Shown here in pieces: positions 59,156 to 64,000 of a DNA stretch of 64,000 nucleotides. This DNA comes from Candidatus Lokiarchaeum ossiferum. Lineage in GTDB: Archaea; Asgardarchaeota; Lokiarchaeia; Sigyniarchaeales; Promethearchaeaceae. The notes beneath the pieces are model-generated. The model did not search any database and was not told where the DNA came from. It worked only from the letters and a program-made list of their open reading frames with translations. The first letter of the stretch is position 1. The number at the start of each line of letters is the position of its first letter. The stretch is taken from NCBI GenBank assembly GCA_025839675.1, contig CP104013.1:3041121-3105120 (forward strand). Direction: 5' to 3'. A program made the translations under genes and the position numbers.

Positions 59156-59980
59156 ATGGCTGATGATTTTAGTTTTAACTGTCCCCGATGTGGGAAAGAA
59201 CCTAAACGTGGGAAATTTTTAGGATCAGAAATATGGCATGATGAATGTCTTGTCGAAGATATGGTGGAAAAGTTTAATTCTGGAACTCCACGTGAAGAAA
59301 TCGAAAAAACTTTAAAACGAGTAAAAGATAAAGGTGTTGAACAAAATGTGGGTTTGAAATGTGGTTGGCCTGAATATCAACCACCTAAATCTCAAGAGGA
59401 AATTGAAGCAGAGTATCAAGCAGAACTAGAAGCTGCAGAAGCAAAAGCAGATGCTGAAGCCGCGATTAAAGCCGCTGAAGAAGCTGAGAGTGAAGAAGCT
59501 AAAGCTGCTGCAGAAGCTGCAGTAGCTGAAGCACAATCGAAGGCTGATAATGCTTCTAAAGTTGCAGAAAATGCAAAAATAATTCAAACTCCTTCATCTC
59601 AAAATTCTGGAGCCCCGGCATCTACATCTTCAATGCCTTCAACACCTTTGACCCCAATGGGAGCACCTCAATTTGCCCCATATCCACCAATGACCGCACC
59701 ACAGATGGCTCCAATGCCTATGATGGCCCCATCGAGATTAGAAGCTTTTAAGCCCGCACCCACCGATGAAGTTGTGAGAAATATTGCAATTTCAGCAATG
59801 GAAGTATGCTTAAAAACTATGAAAAAAGATGTGGAATATGGAAAGTTATTATTTAAATTCATGAAAGAATTCAACTGGGAAGCTGAAGAAGATGATGATG
59901 TTGAAAAAAGTGAGGATTCTGATAAAGAAGATGTTGATGAAGAAATTGAAGATGCTAAACCATTCCTAGTTGAAGATTAA
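59156..59980 (+). CDS. acidic A/E-rich hypothetical protein with N-terminal CxxC...C pair
   Basis: FNCPRCGKEPKRGKFLGSEIWHDEC at the N-terminus; long AEAKA low-complexity region; acidic tail. Confidence 0.45.
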   Translation: MADDFSFNCPRCGKEPKRGKFLGSEIWHDECLVEDMVEKFNSGTPREEIEKTLKRVKDKGVEQNVGLKCGWPEYQPPKSQEEIEAEYQAELEAAEAKADAEAAIKAAEEAESEEAKAAAEAAVAEAQSKADNASKVAENAKIIQTPSSQNSGAPASTSSMPSTPLTPMGAPQFAPYPPMTAPQMAPMPMMAPSRLEAFKPAPTDEVVRNIAISAMEVCLKTMKKDVEYGKLLFKFMKEFNWEAEEDDDVEKSEDSDKEDVDEEIEDAKPFLVED

Positions 59981-59986
59981 TTTTTT

Positions 59987-61753
59987 TTATTTTGTTCTAC
60001 TCCCACATTTGTTGCAAAACTTGAAATTTTTATTTAACTTTGCACCACAATTAGGACATTCAATCATATTTTTATTCGAAACATCTCCAATAACAGAATG
60101 AGAAGTTCCAAAAATATTTGATTTTGCAGAAGTTACATTTGAAGGACCAGTGTTCGTTCCAGATGTAGTTTTTTTTAAAAAGGAAGGAATATAATCAGTT
60201 TGATTGGCAGATTTCTCAATGAATGGAGATCGACTTTCTTTATTTGTAGATTTGGGAATAATTGGTTTTTTATTGACATCTACATTTGACATAAAACCCC
60301 ATGAAGTTTTTGGTTCTTTTTTTTTGATATTAGATTGAATTGAATCAGGTTTTGAAGGAGCATCAAAAAAAGAATAGGTTTTTTTCTTAGGAATGATGGA
60401 TTTTGATTCGGTTGTTCCCTGTTTTGCTGGTAATGAATCTAAAAATGAATAGGATTTATTATTATCATTTGAAGATTTTTGAAATTCATTAGGTTTTTTT
60501 GGGCTGTCAAAAAATGAATAATTTTGAGTAGGTTTGATAATTTTTGGTTCTTTTTTCTCAGACCGAGTATTTCTAAAGTCAGGAGATGTAAATGGAGCAG
60601 GCTTCTTTGTATTTGATTTTGAAGATTGAGCGAGAAATGGGTTCCCTTTGATTTCTGATGAATTTCCAGATATGGATGAAGGAATGCCTTCTGAAGAAAA
60701 TGATGGAGGAGAAGGTTTAGGGGGTATTTTTACAGTTGGTGGTTCTTGCTTCGAATTTGATGGAAATTGTGAATTAATTTGAACTGGAGGTAATTTGACC
60801 TCTGATTTTTTAGGAATATTTTGCTTTTGAATTGGGGTATTTTGAACGGGAGTTTTTGGTGAAAACCAATCAGGTTCTTCTACTATTGAAGATGTAAGAA
60901 TATCATTACTTTTTTTCAATGCTTCTTTCTGAGGTTCCGAAGTAATATTTTCTTTAGAATTACCCAAAGACAATATTGAAGTCTCATCTATTTTCGGAAT
61001 ATTGAAAGGGTTGCTTGGTAATTTATTAGAAACAGGATTTTTTGATAATGAAGAATATATTGGAGCGGGTTTAGGTTTATGAGAAACACTCGGCATAGGT
61101 TTATTTGATACTGGATCCTTAGGAGCAAACACAGGTATAGGTTGAGGTATTTTTTTTGAAATAGATTCGACGTCTATTGTTTTTTCATTATTAGGTTGCT
61201 CAGATAAGGAAGGAGAACCCCCTAACATTGCTGGAGGGATATCTTCTCCAATCATTAGCAAAGCAAGAATTCCAAAAACATCTCCAACTCCATCTCCACT
61301 TTTCGCACTAGACTCAACATAAAACATGTTAAGATCTTTTGCAACCTCTTCAGCTTCATTTCTTGAAATAACCCTTTGATCAACAAGATCTTTCTTATTT
61401 CCAACTAAAAGCATTGGAATAGAACCGGATTCCTTTTTAACCTCATCCATCCACTTAGGAATATGATCAAAACTCTCACGATTTGTAAGATCAAAAAGAA
61501 TGATACAACCCATTGAACCTTTGTAATAAAGAGGACGAACATACTGGAATCTCTCCTGTCCACCTGTATCCCATATTTGAAGTTTTACATTATGATTATT
61601 AATATGGATGGTTTTGACTGCAAATTCCACACCGATAGTTAATTTATAGTTTTCTTGAAAAAAGCCTTGACTAAAGCGAACCACAAGAGCAGTTTTCCCA
61701 CAGCCACCATCACCTACAGCAACACATTTAAATAGATAATCATAATTGTCCAA
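59987..61753 (-). CDS. Ras-superfamily small GTPase (Rab/Ras-like) fused to about 400-aa disordered linker and C-terminal zinc ribbon
   Basis: G1 GDGGCGKT, G2 Thr, G3 WDTGGQE, G4 GNKKD, G5 SAK in the first about 175 aa. Then a P/S/K/N-rich region with three YSF(F/L)D(S/A)P-type repeats. It ends with CPNCGAKLNKNFKFCNKCGSR. Confidence 0.8.
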   Translation of the reverse strand: MDNYDYLFKCVAVGDGGCGKTALVVRFSQGFFQENYKLTIGVEFAVKTIHINNHNVKLQIWDTGGQERFQYVRPLYYKGSMGCIILFDLTNRESFDHIPKWMDEVKKESGSIPMLLVGNKKDLVDQRVISRNEAEEVAKDLNMFYVESSAKSGDGVGDVFGILALLMIGEDIPPAMLGGSPSLSEQPNNEKTIDVESISKKIPQPIPVFAPKDPVSNKPMPSVSHKPKPAPIYSSLSKNPVSNKLPSNPFNIPKIDETSILSLGNSKENITSEPQKEALKKSNDILTSSIVEEPDWFSPKTPVQNTPIQKQNIPKKSEVKLPPVQINSQFPSNSKQEPPTVKIPPKPSPPSFSSEGIPSSISGNSSEIKGNPFLAQSSKSNTKKPAPFTSPDFRNTRSEKKEPKIIKPTQNYSFFDSPKKPNEFQKSSNDNNKSYSFLDSLPAKQGTTESKSIIPKKKTYSFFDAPSKPDSIQSNIKKKEPKTSWGFMSNVDVNKKPIIPKSTNKESRSPFIEKSANQTDYIPSFLKKTTSGTNTGPSNVTSAKSNIFGTSHSVIGDVSNKNMIECPNCGAKLNKNFKFCNKCGSRTK

Positions 61754-61860
61754 TTTCTTGTAACCTCTTATTTTGTTTGAATTTCTTTTTTTAACGTTTT
61801 CTTTATATTACTTTAATTAGTATCACATAATGCTAATAATTTTTGTATATAGTATGATTA

Positions 61861-62712
61861 TTAATTTTTACTACCGCATATAGGACAAATCTTCCAATTA
61901 TTATTCATATTAGCTTTGCAAATAGCACATTTCTTATTAGTTTCGAGCACTTGAACATTTTTTAAATAGCTATTCTTTTTTTTAGGTGGTGAGGTCATTC
62001 TCCCATCAATAATTTGAGAGAAAGATAATAATGCGTTTTGGGATGATTCTAAATCCCCATAATCGGCCGAAAAAGGATTATAAGGGATAATGGGTCGGAT
62101 AACTTTACTTGAATCTATTTGAGAATTGGTTCCTTCTTCTTCAATTGGTTGATTTATATGAGAAATTTTATGAGTGTTGGCATCATTTTCGATAATCTCA
62201 TTCTCACTTGATTTAATATTATGAGAAGATGCCGATCTATTAAATTCTTGCTTATCTACAGAAGATCTCTCTAAAATCATTGTTTCTTCACCAACTATTA
62301 GATCTTGAACAACATTTTCGATAATAGACTCTTCTGCAGTAAGTTTATTATTGGAAGCTGATATTTTTGCGTCCGAATTTTCGTTTTTATTAGGAATTGA
62401 TTCTTCATACAAAACTTCCTTCTGGCCTGCAATTTCAAAATAATATTGCCCATTATTATCATCAATATACTCTTTTCCATCAGATCCAACAATTTTAAAA
62501 AGATAGAGGATCTTATTTCCAAATGGCACATTTGGAAGGGTTATTGAATATGAATGGCCCAAATTATTCATTTTTACAGAATACCATGAATGAGCATTAT
62601 CAGTACTAAAAATGAGAAATAAATTGGACAAATCACCTTCAATATTGCATTTTATTTCCACTGAAATTTTAGAATCAATTTCTGATTGTTGACTCATCCC
62701 AAGATTATTCAT
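61861..62712 (-). CDS. beta-rich N-terminal domain protein (CBM20/48-like) with disordered linker and C-terminal zinc ribbon
   Basis: The N-terminus ...WYSVKMNNLGHSYSITLP...ILYLFKIVGSDGKEYIDDNNGQYYFEI resembles glycogen/starch-binding (CBM48/20) or Ig-like E-set domains. The C-terminus CAICKANMNNNWKICPICGSK is paralogous to the ribbon of the neighbouring GTPase. Confidence 0.45.
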   Translation of the reverse strand: MNNLGMSQQSEIDSKISVEIKCNIEGDLSNLFLIFSTDNAHSWYSVKMNNLGHSYSITLPNVPFGNKILYLFKIVGSDGKEYIDDNNGQYYFEIAGQKEVLYEESIPNKNENSDAKISASNNKLTAEESIIENVVQDLIVGEETMILERSSVDKQEFNRSASSHNIKSSENEIIENDANTHKISHINQPIEEEGTNSQIDSSKVIRPIIPYNPFSADYGDLESSQNALLSFSQIIDGRMTSPPKKKNSYLKNVQVLETNKKCAICKANMNNNWKICPICGSKN

Positions 62713-62867
62713 TCTAATATTAGATTATAATTGTTGCATTATTAAATTTAGTCATGTTTGAAAGGTATTTAAGAGGAAATTTCTCAATTAGCCTATGAGT
62801 GAAAAGTCAATTGAATAATATCTAGATAATATTAGGTTTATAATTCAAATATTGAGATTCTTATAAT

Positions 62868-63185
62868 ATGGCGTCTATGAATGATTTAGTAAATCTTTAT
62901 AAATTAGAACAAGCAATTCAAATTAATAAAATACAAGGAAATTACCAACAATTGCTAATCTTATATGATAAAATAATTGAAATGAAATCAAAATTATCAA
63001 ATAAATTAGGATTGGCCAAAACAATTTCTGAAAAAGGATTTTTATTAGAACAATTAGGATATCATCGGGAAGCCTTGGAACAATTCAATTTTGCAAAACA
63101 TATAGCGCGAGGAACTCCAAATAAAGATTTCATTTGTATTATTGAAAATAGAATTGAAAAAATTGAAAATTCTCAATTGTTATGA
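62868..63185 (+). CDS. small helical hypothetical protein
   Basis: 105-aa ORF, helix-repeat (TPR-like) character, no motif. Confidence 0.35.
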   Translation: MASMNDLVNLYKLEQAIQINKIQGNYQQLLILYDKIIEMKSKLSNKLGLAKTISEKGFLLEQLGYHREALEQFNFAKHIARGTPNKDFICIIENRIEKIENSQLL

Positions 63186-63227
63186 GGAATTATCTCGTTA
63201 TTTGTTTGAAAAGGTGAAAAAAAAAAC

Positions 63228-63545
63228 TTACCACATATAAGCGCCCATTATTGCGCTGGTTAGTAATCCAATAAAAATCAAACCGAAATACCAATTGTTA
63301 AACAATCCGAGATTATTTTTATGTTCACTTATATAACTTTTCATTCCTAAACACAAGCCGGCTAGCAGTAAATAATACATAATTGGAACCATAAAAGTTG
63401 AAGTAAAAGCCCATTTCATTATAAAGAATAAGAGGGTCGCAATAATATCAATAACTATGAAGGTCAATCCCATATATGTAAAAATTACTTCAGAACCTTG
63501 TTTTTGAGATTCTTTTTTCTGTGCTATTATCGACATATTTTTCAT
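63228..63545 (-). CDS. small membrane protein (3 TM)
   Basis: 105-aa hydrophobic ORF. Confidence 0.35.
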   Translation of the reverse strand: MKNMSIIAQKKESQKQGSEVIFTYMGLTFIVIDIIATLLFFIMKWAFTSTFMVPIMYYLLLAGLCLGMKSYISEHKNNLGLFNNWYFGLIFIGLLTSAIMGAYMW

Positions 63546-63585
63546 GTTTTAAAATATATGCAGAATTAAAAAAATTTTGGAACAA

Positions 63586-63990
63586 TTAACGGGTTTTTAG
63601 ATCAATTATCGCACGTGCTAAATCCCCATTCGCATCCTTCAGAGCTTTTTTTGCCACTTTATCAGATACTCCCGTTTGCATGGCGACCAATTTAATATCT
63701 TCTTCAGTAATCTCAACAGATAGGGTTTCTTCGACATTCTCACTATTCTCAATAAAATTTTCATCTAGTATTTCGGCATCTTCGACACCAGAAGCAGAGA
63801 TATCCTGCTCAGAATTTGATTCGTAAGCATAATTCCCCGCTGAACTTTCCTTAGCACTTCCTATTACTTGATATACTTCCATTCCTTCTTGAACTACTTT
63901 AATAATTTGAGGTTCTTCAATGATTAAATCGTTTCCATCAGCACTTTGGATAATCACACGTTTTGCATCTATTTGTTCCATGTTTTCCAT
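63586..63990 (-). CDS. nac: nascent polypeptide-associated complex alpha subunit (NAC domain + UBA domain)
   Basis: N-terminal NAC-like beta region ([23 protein letters not shown]) and C-terminal UBA ([36 protein letters not shown]), with an acidic insertion. Confidence 0.6.
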   Translation of the reverse strand: MENMEQIDAKRVIIQSADGNDLIIEEPQIIKVVQEGMEVYQVIGSAKESSAGNYAYESNSEQDISASGVEDAEILDENFIENSENVEETLSVEITEEDIKLVAMQTGVSDKVAKKALKDANGDLARAIIDLKTR

Positions 63991-64000
63991 TGCTTGTCCT

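Noticed and set aside
1-64000. CRISPR arrays, IS elements, integrases or a prophage or island next to the tRNA genes
   Set aside because: No regularly spaced direct repeats and no transposase, integrase or recombinase motifs were found around tRNA-Val (4840..4915) or tRNA-Ser (45929..46014). The flanking genes are ordinary metabolic genes.

Overview
The window is AT-rich, gene-dense archaeal chromosomal DNA (about 60 protein genes and 2 tRNAs, mostly on the minus strand). The protein set points to an Asgard-type (Lokiarchaeia-like) archaeon. It includes a Rab/Ras-like small GTPase, NAC-alpha, MBF1, a ubiquitin-like beta-grasp protein, a longin/roadblock-like protein, a eukaryote-length HMG-CoA synthase and a major-vault-protein (MVP) homolog. 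The dominant metabolic theme is amino-acid catabolism. A near-complete lysine fermentation pathway is spread over 19.1-45.8 kb: kamA, kamD/kamE with a MutS-like plus P-loop partner pair, kdd, kce, kal, a GSA-aminomutase-family class-III aminotransferase, acyl-CoA dehydrogenase, SDR, CoA-transferase A/B and thiolase/DUF35, with an Lrp/AsnC regulator. Alongside are M1 and M20 peptidases, a CPBP protease, an ABC transporter, a P-type ATPase and an EamA-like transporter fused to a RAM domain. Housekeeping genes include HflX, a DEAD-box helicase with a basic repeat tail, a UvrD-like helicase, MfnA decarboxylase, an FGGY kinase, MazG, tRNA-Val(UAC) and tRNA-Ser(GCU), both with encoded CCA. The most unusual loci are four. 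(i) A truncated MVP homolog next to a CARF/HFX_2341-like regulator. (ii) A 1106-aa low-complexity orphan ORF whose promoter/start region is tandemly duplicated in an 860-bp leader that carries paralogous 10-11-codon micro-ORFs behind strong Shine-Dalgarno (SD) sequences. (iii) A small GTPase fused through a about 400-aa disordered linker with repeated YSFFDxP motifs to a C-terminal zinc ribbon, next to a CBM-like protein carrying a paralogous zinc ribbon. (iv) The KamDE aminomutase with a MutS-like/P-loop pair as a candidate reactivase. No CRISPR arrays, transposases or integrases were seen. All assignments come from reading the translated ORFs and motifs by eye; no database searches were run.
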